Positions 37,489 through 49,613 of a stretch of 64,000 bases of DNA are shown one piece after another. This DNA is from Penicillus capitatus (taxonomy: Eukaryota; Plantae; Chlorophyta): NCBI GenBank assembly GCA_965649825.1, contig OZ287702.1, positions 1,292,786 to 1,356,785 on the forward strand, read 5' to 3'. A model generated the notes under the pieces. It was not told the DNA's origin and did not search any database. It saw only the letters and a program-made list of their open reading frames with translations. A program made the position numbers and the translations under genes. Every line of letters begins with the position of its first letter. Within the stretch, counting starts at the first letter, position 1.

Positions 37489-39246
37489 TAGACGAGCGTG
37501 TTCTACGTGCAATGCATCGACTCTGACATCTTGACTCTGGTCTGTGTCCACTGACCGCCAATCCATTGTATTTCTGGAGACGTCTTGCGTTTGCAGAATG
37601 TTTTATGATGAATGCCAGTCGTTGTTGATATCATGAGAAAGGAAGACATAGGAGGCTGAACACTTAACTCAACGAGGAACTGTCTCGAACTCTCTTAGGA
37701 GAAAAAACGCGCTACGCCTGATGCTGAAGATCTGTTCCAACGCTTCTTTCTTGTCGATGCCAACACCACCGAACCATTCTCCTCTGTCTCGTCTAGAATC
37801 CAAACTTCAGCTTTCGTCCATTTACGCCATTTTCTCTCCTTCATGGTTGTCTGGCTCTTCTACGGTCGGTGGTGCTTCGTCTACTTGCATGATATCGGAT
37901 GGTCAAGGGTTCCACTGCCGGATAGATAACCATGCGGGACTGGGGATCGTTGGCAAAACACGTGAACACTTGGACTATATCGTCCTCCACAGAACCATCG
38001 TCTGTCACTACAGATATCGGATGACAAAGACTGTTTGCTGTTAAGAGAAGGTTGTCTTTGAGTGTTGGATAGTGATATGCAATCATTCCTGTTGGGAATC
38101 GATACAAATAGCTTAATACAAAGAAAGTCGATATGCGCGCCGACAACGTCGACACAATCGTTCCCGATGAATGTGGTGGGCGACATAACACCTGCATCTC
38201 CTCAGTGACCTCTTCACCCAAAGCACAATGTCCTTATATTTGAGTGATCGTGAGCCTAATGTTATCACTAGCAAACCGTCCATATTGTCAGGAATTGCTT
38301 TACGTGTTACAGAGTGAGGTATACAATGGTCTACGTTCACGTATTCGTGTCACAGGTGACATGACAGATGAGTCACCGGCCTATCAGGACCACAGGAAAG
38401 TATCCATAGGTTAACGTAAACCTCGTGTAAGCGCCCCTTCGGAGACAGAACGCTTAGAAAATGAGACAGTCACGATGGGACAACCTCAGTCCTTCTGACA
38501 CACATATATAAACCTGACGTTGCATTGTAACATTTGTACAGTTATGTCAAAATGATTATTGCGTGGTTGCAACACAGAGAAGAGGCCCAAAACGTCTGGG
38601 AGTGTATTCGACCTCCACAGAGATTTGCCTTTGTCCATCCGCAGCTCGCTGTGACTATACTGACCGGCTCGGCCTACATTGACAGACCAAATGAAAACGC
38701 ACCCTCTAGGACAATGCAGAACTGAGGGATTGTCGCCAAGATTTCCCTGAAGATAGGACTGCCTTGTGCAGAAAGAGTTCATGTGTATCTGGGGCGATAG
38801 CTGTCTTGTCAACTGGGCTCATTGGCTTCTGAATGGCCTTTTTTCTCTTGCTCTGTTGGGTTGATGACTCATCTGCCTAGGAAATCACCTTATCACCTGG
38901 GTATATAAAGGACAATATGGACCGTGAAACACCTTGCTTCGAAGTGTCTAGACTTCCCATGTTCTCGCTTTCACTGCGCGGCCGATCGGCGGTAGAGGTC
39001 TTCAAATCTGTAGATACAGACCCCTGTACCACGGAATCATCAAACCATCGTCGAACAGTGTGTCGACCTGGTTCGTCACAAATCTGTTGGTTCTTTTCCA
39101 GCGTCGCGACTCCTCCATTGGCGCAGCCCAAGATTCATCAAACATGTTATGATCGTACGTCGAACGGTGTCGTGTTTTCGTCGTTTGTTACGCGCTGAAA
39201 CGCGCTAACGACGAAGGCATATCGTTACAGAAGACTGTTCTGGCAA

Positions 39247-40100
39247 TCAGTGTTCGGTCTTTATACGCGTCGATGTGACATTTGACGCGTCCCGTGGCAG
39301 CTGCACGAAGGTGGACAGCTGTTCACTGACAACGGTCAGTGCGAAAACAGTCGGTGTTTGCAGTGAGACGAAATCGGATGACCGAGGGCACGATTGGCTT
39401 CTGCTCGGAGCAATAGTGAACTTCGTCACGTATCTGGCTACGCAGCACGAAGACGTAATCTTTGCTGTCCCCTCAGGCACGCACCGCCAGGGAAACGATG
39501 ACGTAACCCTCCGCGTCCCATTGAACCCGGCCCTCTCGGCAAAGCCTTGTGTGCTTTCCGCTACACCACGGGGACTGGCTGATGATGATGGCGGCACCGT
39601 GACGCTAGCTGAGACCAACATGTGCATCGTCGTTGTCCCGTCGCGCCTCGAAGGGAGAGAGACAGAAATTGAGTGTTTCGACGAGCACCTCGACCAGCTG
39701 GAAAACGACAGAAGCCTTCTCGGCGAAGAAAGCGAGTTTCCATGCACAGGGTTTCTGTTCCATTTCCGATACACCACACGTTTCCTCTTTCAAACTCGAC
39801 GGACAACACGACCTTCACTCGACCCAATAACAAAGCATCTCAGGTTCGGGTCTACAGAATTGTAGAAGTTGAAGTTGGACAGTTTGATCACCACGTATAC
39901 CGTGTGGTGTGTGACGTGACGTGTCCCTTCTTTCCGTACGACACCGGAGTTCACGCCTTCGACAGGATTCTTGTTCGTCGTGCCGTGCTGCTTTCCTTTG
40001 TCCACCTGCGTCCCGTTTGTTCTTCGTGTAGATCATTACGTGCTGTTCCGTTGAAAGAACACTATCGTCTGCTTCGAAGACATACGCACTTCGTCGGCAC
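39247..40100. other. Unresolved coding-like segment with long open frames on both strands
   Basis: 196-aa plus ORF and 176-aa minus ORF overlap; minus-strand exon-like pieces upstream; no family confidently recognised. Confidence 0.3.
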
Positions 40101-40234
40101 GTGTACGACGTCGGCTTTCGATGAAGGTTGTTTCTTCGCAAAAACGCCAAATTGGCTATATCCCAACGACGTCTGCTCGACAGACACTTCCCTCTCCACC
40201 TCCCTGTCCGCAGGAAAACTCTGTCGACGTCGAA

Positions 40235-42704
40235 ATGCCTGACCTCGAAGGTACGACGGCGAACGGGTGCGTTTCTGGAGAAAACCTGGCAACAGCGTCC
40301 CTTTCGTCCGTCTACTCAGTTTCGGACATTGACAGTATCCTCGACGACGATCTCTGGTCACTCAATCGAACGCAATCTGACGTCGAGAGTGACGCGGACA
40401 GCTCCGACTTGGACGATATCGTCACCACTGGGACGGACGTCTGTCACGCCGCGACTCTCGAGACTTTTCTTGAAAGTGAGACCGCGCACTCCATCATCCA
40501 TTTTCGATTCTCTGAGTCAAGATCTCGAGTTCATCCCTGCCGAAATGAACCGAATTTTGAAGCTCATTGGGACGCTGGACGAGAAGTGTGAAGGTAGGCG
40601 CCGTTCCGATCGAACCTGTACCAAAGCGACGGTCTGTCCAATGCAGAGATTACAGACTTACTGGAACATCCATCCGACGAATGGTTTTTGTTGCATCAGA
40701 CAAAGAAACAGAAGAAATCGAATACCACCGAGAACGGAGAAGGCTCAAATGGCGAAGTTTCCCAATCGAATGTCGGCAACGGAGACAGAGAACTGATGAT
40801 CTATCGGAAGATTTATGAAGGACAGGACGGTGTCATCGGATTCGAAGCTTACAAGGCACGATTGGCCAAAGCAAGAAAACTTGAACGGCAAAGAGAGTTA
40901 GAGCTCAGAGCCAATGAACTCGTTTCCGTCTCAGACAGTGGTTTCAAGATCATTTACGAAAAAGGTCCAGCACCGTCGAGACGATAGCAGATCGCTGACG
41001 TGAACGGCTGACTGTACACAGATGACGAAACAACAGGGGCAGCAGACGGAAAAGAGACGCAGCCCAACAGCAAGAGTCAAGCAACTTCGCAAGCGGCAAC
41101 ATCCAGGGGAGGGGAAGCAAAGGTGGAACCTATAGCTGAATCACAGGAAAGCAAACGGACCAAATCTAAAGCACAAGAAGATGACAACAGTCCTATCCCT
41201 CCAATGGATTTAGTCGATAGCTATCTGAAAGAACTCGAACCCGGAACAGGTTCTCTCAACGGTGAATCCTGTCGAAGTCTGTGCGTTCTACATTGATCGA
41301 CGAAGATACAGGTGGACGGGGAGAGTTTATGGAGATCGACTGCAGCAGCCTTCCGTTTGAGGATACAGGAATGGGCGATGACTGGAAAGAGGAATTCGAG
41401 GACATCCAGCAGGAAAACAAAATGAATCAAGTTCAGCGCGACGACGTATGACAGCTTCTAGTTTCTTCCTTTGACATGTTGTGCTGTGGCATTAGATGCA
41501 GACATTGCGTACGTTCATGGAGAACCAACTTGCCCTTCTCTGGAGGTATACCTTGAGAAAGAAAGCTCTCACGCGTAAGGTGATCGTCTTCTTCGCCGTG
41601 ACGTGGTCGGCAGCTGTATCGAACAGGCTTACGAAATGGTGCTACATCACTACGCGTCTTTGATACAGGAGCTCGAGCCGAACAAGTTCGGTGCCAGTCT
41701 AAAGTGTTACCCCGAGGCGACGGTGATTCAGAGGGCAATGCTTAACGAGCTTGAGGAGCAATTCGTGTCGCCGGAGGAGATGTCGGAGTTGTATAAAGAC
41801 GTGGAGGAGCTCTTGGCGCAATGTGACCCTATCGAAGACGGTTATCCTCACGTACCGGGAGAACCCCAGTATCATCAAGACACGCAGCGTAAAACTACGT
41901 ATTGTCTACAGAAACGTCTTCCGAGTCGTGAATGTGCTGCAGCTCCGAATTTGAAGCAGGAAGAAGCGTGCAAAGCTCCATTATTCTGTCAAGACGGCGG
42001 CAGAAAGCTGCTTATGGACGAAAACTGCCGTCATGATAAGGGGGGTGGTACATGCTCCGCACGACCGCCCGTCAACGGTGCCGTGTCGGTCTGCAGTCCG
42101 AGTATGGGAAGCACTCAGGTCTTTGCCCGTTTCGAAGGCATGCCAAATGTCGGAGATGTGCATGCCCGTTCCGCACGCAATAAGAGACACAAACCTGCCA
42201 AAGCGCCATCCGGTATGTCCCATGCAGCGAAATCTCCGCAGGTAAATGCTTTCAAGACCGGTCGCCTTTGGATGAGTCGTACTGTGGCCGCAGTCGACGG
42301 GGCGCTTGCTAACCTACCACGATATCGCTACGCCCGCCGCGGCGGAGAAACTCTCTGGACATCCCGCCGAACTCTTTTGGCCAGACGACGATCTGTGGTA
42401 TCTCATACACATTGACGTCATTGACCCTGAGGCGAAGACGGCGAATATCGTCTATACGACGGGAGAAACGGAGAGACTCGAACTCGACGACATCGTCCGC
42501 GAAGGACACATGTCTCTTCTACCCGAACCCGAAGACACAGATCTTTCTGTTGACGAAGACGCGCTTCAGCAGACAGCAGATGTCGAAGTCGGCGAAGAAG
42601 TGATAAGTGAACTGTCTGCATCTGAAATGAGAGGCGCCTATCTCGACGATCCTTCTCACGATGAAGATGAAGTAACGAATGCCGTTTCCGATGGGACGTT
42701 GTGA
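40235..42704 (+). CDS. ING-family N-terminal domain protein with C-terminal Tudor-like domain, multi-exon (single-gene model is inferred)
   Basis: LETFLES..LEFIPAEMNRILKLIGTLDEKC resembles the ING N-terminal helix; C-terminal AELFWPDDDLWYLIHI..ANIVYTTGETERL resembles a Tudor fold. Confidence 0.65.
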
Positions 42705-42928
42705 TTTTCATTCCTTTGGCCTGTCTATCTGTCTGTAGTTGGTCAGTGAAGATGAAGAGGAGGAGGTCATGGTGAATATCCACCGTAGCCGACAATCGCG
42801 ACGTGCTGAATTGAAAGCTGAAGGCATGCAAATGCAGGAAAAACACTCGTAGTCTGGGCAGAACGGTGTTTTTCTTTTTGTCCGTTTGTATTTGATCAAT
42901 TAGACGTGTAAAACCGGCGAACATTAGT

Positions 42929-45792
42929 CTAGTCTCTATCCAGAGCCACAGTTGTATTCGTAATAAGCTTGTCTAGATCATGCACAGCTCGGACAAGATG
43001 TAGAGGCGGCTGATTCTGAAAGCAGATGATCGTGTGTATACACACATGCTGATGGGACGTGATGCGCATTACTTCTTGACCCATGCACTGGAGCTGTTCA
43101 ATAATATCTCCTATCATGTTCTTGACTTTCACTTCCAGTATCGTCCGAAGCGCTTCCCTTTGTTTACGTTGGTAGGCGACCAAGCCTTCGTACTCTCTCT
43201 TCCATCGGTCACTGCACACTAGACACCGTTCACATCCCAATTTGGGTGGGTCACTTTGATCTTCCTGCCTGTCTGCTGTGCATCCTCTTCGGGTCCATCT
43301 ATTTCGCTGGATGTTTCTTCCTGAATTTGAGTGGCTTGTGCTGAAGGCTGCAGAGACGAACTAAGGGCATCTAGTTGTTACATACGATATCTGTGAGTTA
43401 GGGATGAGGGGAACTTCGTTGGCGTTTCTGTCCATTCGTTTAGAGCCGCAAGAAGTGGAGAAGTGTGGTCATCGTTATTCCTTTCTGTTTGCTGCACCGC
43501 CGCTTTTCGGAGGCGCAGCAGTTGGCTGGATTTCATGTCCAATGCATCTTCCAGTCTCTTACGCTCTTGTTCGCTGCTTTCCAAGTCTTCCTATATTCCC
43601 TCCTTAAATCCTACCCTTGCTCGCCTCACTGAACAGAAAAGCACTTGAAGGCCGAGTATCAGTTCGTCTCTTTCATTGAGTCGTGCAGTGAGCGCAATCA
43701 TTATATCTCGTTGTTTGATCAGGAGTTTCTTGTAGCGATCGACCTGTGCTTTGTCAGCATCCACGCCTTCTCTCTCTTTCTCCAACTGTTTCAGTTTCGT
43801 CTCGTATTCCTCTGTCGTGAACGGACTGAGGCATTAGGGATTTGATGTGACTGTGTGCACCTCTGATTCTCTTATGCTCGCGATCGATCAAGATTCGAAA
43901 GGCTGGAGTGTCTTCGATTTTGTGCCCGCCGAGAAGCAACTGCGATTGCATTGTGTTGATTTTCTTCTCTAGTTTCTCCTTCAGTCTCTTCTCTCTCATG
44001 AACTCACGAGAACGTTCCTCCAGGGCTGTGATCGCTGCAAGTTTATCACGCTCTGCTCGGCGCTTTTCTTCCTCCGCCTGTGAACAGGAATAGCTAAATG
44101 TCCAGTTCGATCCCCATACGCACCTCAAGTAATCGACGTTTATCAACGAGATCTGCATTTCGCTGTTTCAATTCAGATCTCAAGAGCTTCAGTTCACGCT
44201 CATATTTTCTCAGTAACGCCCGTTGATCGAGATCTTCGTTAACAACGGCTTCGTTCTTTATCTTTTTGGCTCGGTTTGCAAATTTCAGTGTCGAAACGGA
44301 TTCGGCAAACGCCTCGAGAGCCGGCGAGATCATACACAACATGATCGTTTTGCAGTTGCCCCCGATGCTGTCTTCCAAAATCCTTGTCAACTTGGAATTG
44401 CGGAATGGTATGTGTGACCGTGGCGTACTGGATGTAATCACAGAAATCACGTTTCCTACAACGAAACCACACACATTGCGCAACGACACAGACGAAGGCA
44501 GCACCGAGTGCCGAAAGGGATTGGTTAATCTTTTTGCTCTCTTCCAATCTGCGGCCTGTCGCTCCGGTCACGTGAACGCGTTCGGATCCAGCCAAATCGA
44601 CAAGGTTCAGTTTGCCGACCTTCACCGTTCGTGCCCTTTCGGTCGATGCATAACCTACGGCTGCAAGAAACAGACCATTGACTAATTCCGCGTTTGGTGT
44701 TACATGTCGCGGAGGTGGGAGACGCCTTATTAAGATCCGTCCAGTCCGTAGAGGCAATGATGGATTTCTCCACAATGAGCTTCAGAATAGCATGACTGCG
44801 ACTGCTCACTTCGTTCATGTTGGTTGTGCCGGTCGTTCTCTACAGTAAAGAACATCTCCCCATGAGGCAAACGTCGAGACACGACTACCATCTGTGCTCC
44901 CTTTGCCATCAGTTCATAAACTTGCATTGGCGAGCGGACAACCCATTCAGAGAGTCGATGCACATAGACGCCCTTTCGTGCATCCTCTCGAATGGAGAGA
45001 TTATAGCGATCTTCTTTCAGCAAATCCGATATGCCTTCATTGTAGATCTGCATGTAGGATGCACGAACCAAGTACTTACTAAAAGCACAAAGCTCCCTTC
45101 AGATGACACCGCTCTCAATACGTCTGGAATCAGTCGAAGGCGATGTACGGAAAGCGCGTTTGCTGCTGAGCACCTGCTCGAATCTGGATCGTTTTCGATA
45201 CAGGAAAAGATGTCATGAATGGCTCTGGGGATAACACCCGCTTCCAGACCATCCGGCGATCCTGAATATCGCATTCGGCGGCCATGTGATCGGACGTATA
45301 CGACCTTCCATGGTGTACGTCTTTCCCGTTCCGGTCTGACCATAAGCGATGATCGTCGTGTTGTATCCCTCAAGAACTGATAGGATAGTGTGTTTCACTG
45401 AACCATCGTAAATCTCTTCTTGTTCGCTCGTGATATCAAAGACGTGGTCGAATGTGAAACGGTGTGTCGTGAAAAGTCCTCCGCCGATGGAGGATGGAGA
45501 CGAAGTGTTGTCCGCCGACTGCGCAATAGCTTCGAGGTTCTCCGAGATGATGATGTTTTTGTTGGAAGGATCGACGAAGACGGTATGTTCGTAAGGCCGC
45601 TGTCCTTCCAGCTCTCTCTCAAGCGGAGGTCGCACGCGTATGATGACCTTTGGAAAGACGCACATTCTCGACGAAGTCGTGGACCTCGTTGACTTTGAAG
45701 CTATCTGAAACGGAACTCGGACTACCGGGAAACGATGTCGGACAGTGTTTTGTTGCGCATAAACTGCGCATTTCATTGTCGTCGATACCCAT
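42929..45792 (-). CDS. N-terminal motor kinesin with long coiled-coil tail, many short exons
   Basis: [73 protein letters not shown]; heptad-rich tail exons to 42929. Confidence 0.95.
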
Positions 45793-45999
45793 GTCGGATC
45801 TGGAAGAAGGCAAACGACCGTCGATACGAACTCGTGTCACTTGACATGACTCTTAGATGCCGTCCTCGTCGTCTTCGGTCACGTTATGAATTGAAAGGTG
45901 TCGGAGGACGAGAGGGCGCTCGCGGCGTCTCGTGCGGCGTTCTGCGTTATAGCAAAGATCGCATTGTTAATTTGTTTCCGATGTTAAACAAAGATGACT

Positions 46000-46438
46000 A
46001 TGTGTGGTATCTAATAGGGCTTCGTCATCATGTACCAGTACTTTATTTTGAATGTCGTTGAGGAGAAATGATGTTAGGATTCGGAGATTCTAGCTTGATT
46101 TTGTTAATCTTCGATGCGTTCTGTGCTCCGTACACGTCGGTTATCTTTTGACATAAGCCTTATACGTCGTCTTCTCGATCGAATCGCTGTCGTAAACGAT
46201 GTACAATTTCACCTCCTGTATGCTCACCTACATTAAGATAGATGCATCGTGGAGCAAGGATAGTTATGATACCTAGAAGACTTCTGCTTGTCTGAGGAAG
46301 GGGAGAAAAGCAACGTGGAGTTCGTAGAAAACGACGTATGTAGCCGAATAATCTAAAGAATACTCCCGTCCTTTTAAGCCAACGAATAAAAGTGCACATT
46401 ACGAAGTAAAGACTACTTTTAGAAAATCTCGTCTGCAT
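46000..46438 (-). mobile_element. Probable decayed hAT-superfamily transposase fragment in an AT-rich patch
   Basis: EHTGGEIVHRL followed in frame (across one TAA) by KITD..GAQN; H-T-G..I...L and T28-D29 spacing match the hAT HTGxxIxxxL..TD pattern. Confidence 0.45.
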
Positions 46439-47157
46439 TCAGCCGCGGCAGACTCGATTCTATTTCACCTCTTGTGCCTGTGCTTTTATAAATTGTTGAG
46501 TACTTGAATTGAGAAAACATTGAACGAACACAGAGAAATCGGATTTAGCACAACAGGCCGTTTCTTTTCTGTGTTCTCCTACGTACGCAATCCGATCTAT
46601 CATCTTGCTTTACAATTTGAGGTATCCATCAACCGACTTCTTTAGCATTTTGTCCGGATCTGTAGTCAAGACGTCCACCCATTCATCTACTTTCCGTTTC
46701 ACATGTCAGACATTACCTCGGAATGTCCCGTTTCTGCTAGCGCTTCGTGAACATCTTTATAGACAGCCAAGAATGGCTTTTCTTTTTCATCGTCTCCATC
46801 CGATGCGGCCTCGATCTCTTGTTGAATTTCGAAAAGCAGCTCCTTCACTGCGTCCCTCTTCGGAAGCGGCTCCAGTACCGGACACAGACCAACGCCTAGA
46901 CACCTTAAAAAAGCACTGAAACATGTGTGAAGCCAGCTACCGGCATTAACACCCCGTTACTTTTTTTCTGTATTCTACAAGCTACATTCATCTTCAAAGC
47001 CAGGGAGAAAAACGCGTCACTTTGCCTTCTTATCGACACCGTAAAACATCCAAACTGGATACTTGTTTGTCGGTAGAATCATCTCCAAGTGGTAGAAAGT
47101 GCCAACGGCATTTCGCGTCATGAGTGCCATAAGGAGTATCGTAAACACGCATACTAG

Positions 47158-47973
47158 TCAATTTTGTCGGCCTTGCTGCGTAGGGCTTACTGGTGGGCTG
47201 CGGCCAGGACTAGTGACTCGTTGATCCCCTGCTTCCTCTGGATGATTTGATGGGCCGGCTTCTTCCACGAGCTCGGGCCGGTCTTCTTGGGTCGAGCTAC
47301 GTCGAGAATCGTAGAGCCCGGCGTTATGAACCACCCGATCGGCGCCCCGCTGGAACAGGTCAGTGGCGTCGATACTGCGGCGTTCTGCCTCCCGAAAATG
47401 GCCGAGTGCCGCGAGAAAGGGAGGGTTCCGGTATAATGGCGGGTACCGAACGGTCGCACGCGAAATCGATTGTCTCTCGTCGTCTGCCAGACTGAAAAAA
47501 GTCCGAACTTCAAACACTGAAAAGGTTATTACAAAAGAAGATCCCGACTCAACGTTCTTCCCCCTTTTCACCTGCTCAAGCGATGTGACCCTCGAGGCTA
47601 GTGAGTCACCCCTCGCCCCGAGCCAGAGAATCATGCCCCCCCCCAACGCCTAAGACCTCCTCTGACAAGACCCTGAGCGTCCCTTGGCGGCGTGGCCCCA
47701 TGACCAGCCAGACAGTCCCCTCAGTCGTTTCCCCCTTCCGTGCCCGCTCCATCATGCCCTCATTATTGAGCCGTCTCATCACCATCTTGCCGACAAATTT
47801 TCCGCGTTGTTATTGAGCTTTTCCAACGAGGCAACCATTAGATCTTTGATGGAGTCTTCTATCGCCGATGTGGCAGAAGTCGCCGGCGGAGAGATCTCGG
47901 TCCCCCGAATCGGATTTCGTTCGAGATCTACCTTCGCCGTTGCCTGAATCGTAACCAAGCAGACCGGCGTCAA
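47158..47973 (-). other. GC-rich coding-like island with interrupted minus-strand ORFs, unknown origin
   Basis: Visibly more GC-rich than the 45.9-47.1 kb flank; 162-aa ORF 47158-47646 plus upstream ORF 47779-47973; no recognisable family. Confidence 0.3.
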
Positions 47974-48027
47974 AGTTGCAATGCTCTCAACATCCGGTTG
48001 GCCTAAATCTCACACATTTGCAAGCGA

Positions 48028-48780
48028 ATGCCTCTCGCCGCGCGACGGAACCTTTATGAATCGACCTGCAACGAAGTGGGCCAAGCGCCGATAGCAAGAA
48101 CAAATCCAGAGGTGTTGCTTGTTCGACTGGCAGATGCGCGCGGAAACTCGAAGCCCGAGTTGTCTGGCACATGTTCTGCGCGGCAGCTGGTCGAGTCCAC
48201 ACAATCTCACCCTCGGGTTCTGTTCGGCACAGTTCCTCCTAGAGTTCTCTTCGCTAGGAATAGTCACGAAATGGACCGAATACAAAAAGGAAATCGGCGA
48301 ATCTTTCGGTGTTTCTGAATAGACGAGTTGGATGCGATCTTGGTAGAACAACTAGAAGAACACCGAAAACGAAGTGATCTGGCTTTCAAAAAGCTGCTGG
48401 GACCGGGAAAGAGTTTACACCAATCAGCCAAATTGTCTGCCGAGCAACTGCTGACAAACTTCGGAGAAGCACTTCACTCATCTGGATTCGCAGACGTTGA
48501 ATGGTGCAAACGACAGATCGGCTCTGTCTCAGCCAACTCGCTCAGGAAGACCTCGAATTCGGAGACAAGGGAAGGGCTGTCATTGATCTAAGCCCTCTCC
48601 TTGGAAATAGACAATTTCCAACAACGCAGCTAAAGCGAGTGGATTGTTGAAAATGGAACAGCTGAACAGTTGATCGCAGCCATCGGAGGCAGTTCGGTGG
48701 TACATCAATCACCACGGCGCGCTGACCATCAGCTGCGACGGGTGCCAGCCTCCGAAGTAGCTCTCTATTAACCATAGGGC
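48028..48780 (+). pseudogene. Probable decayed gene of unknown family
   Basis: One frame continues DELDAILVEQLEEH..GLSLI*ALSLEIDNFQQRS*SEWIVENGTAEQLIAAIGG with helical-looking sequence broken by TAA stops. Confidence 0.3.
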
Positions 48781-49613
48781 GATGGTTCTCGAACACGCGT
48801 TAAAGCTCGGTGCTGTTAGGTGCTAAAGCTAGGAAGTTCACAACCATCCTGGGCGTTCAAACACGACCATTCCTTTCAAGGTATCTTCTTGAGTTCCTGG
48901 TGCTCTCATCTGAATGTTCGTTATCATCGTCGGCGCGAGCTCCCAACACGGATGCTTCTCGAGTCGACCAGTTTTCTGGCCAATCGCTTCCCCTCAAAAC
49001 CCTGCCATCGGCGACTTCTTTGCTTAGAAGAAGAGGAAGACTGTGATGGTGGACTGAGAACAGAGGACGGAGACCACTTGTTTGCTGCAAGCACCCGCGT
49101 CCACCAGATTAGAACGGATCTCGCGACGAACTTCGGATGAAGGAAGAAGGCTCCAACTTTCTCTGGCATGCACCAAAACAGCTTGAGGAATTTCTATCAG
49201 CCGTCGCTTAAACATGGAAGCAAGAAGGAAGAAGGAAGAAGATTGGGATAAGCCCCTAGGATTCCCGAACAAGTGTCCATTCAATCCTGAACACTCCTCT
49301 GATGTTTAACTTAAAAAGATGTGTAAGACACACCAATTGCATAACTACATATATATAGGAGTATGGTTGTCAAATGCAGACAGAAGTTCGCAGCTGTTAT
49401 AAGCTAATGTTAGAAATTATTAACCATCTGGGTATTAAGGGGCGACAAATTCCCTGTGAAGTTATCTCGTGTTCCTAACGTCATATTCGAATGTGCTTTT
49501 ATCGCTGTTGTCGCGCGTGTTTCGGGTCCAAGCTTAACGAACACCATGACATCGACCCCGACAGGTCCTTTCGTCCGTCGAGTCGGGGAGAGGAGAACAA
49601 GCGATGTGTCGAG

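Noticed and set aside
37841-38221. MULE transposase similarity (PISVVTD..IVQVF)
   Set aside because: The spacing is off by one and the diagnostic CxxH motif is absent; too weak to call.
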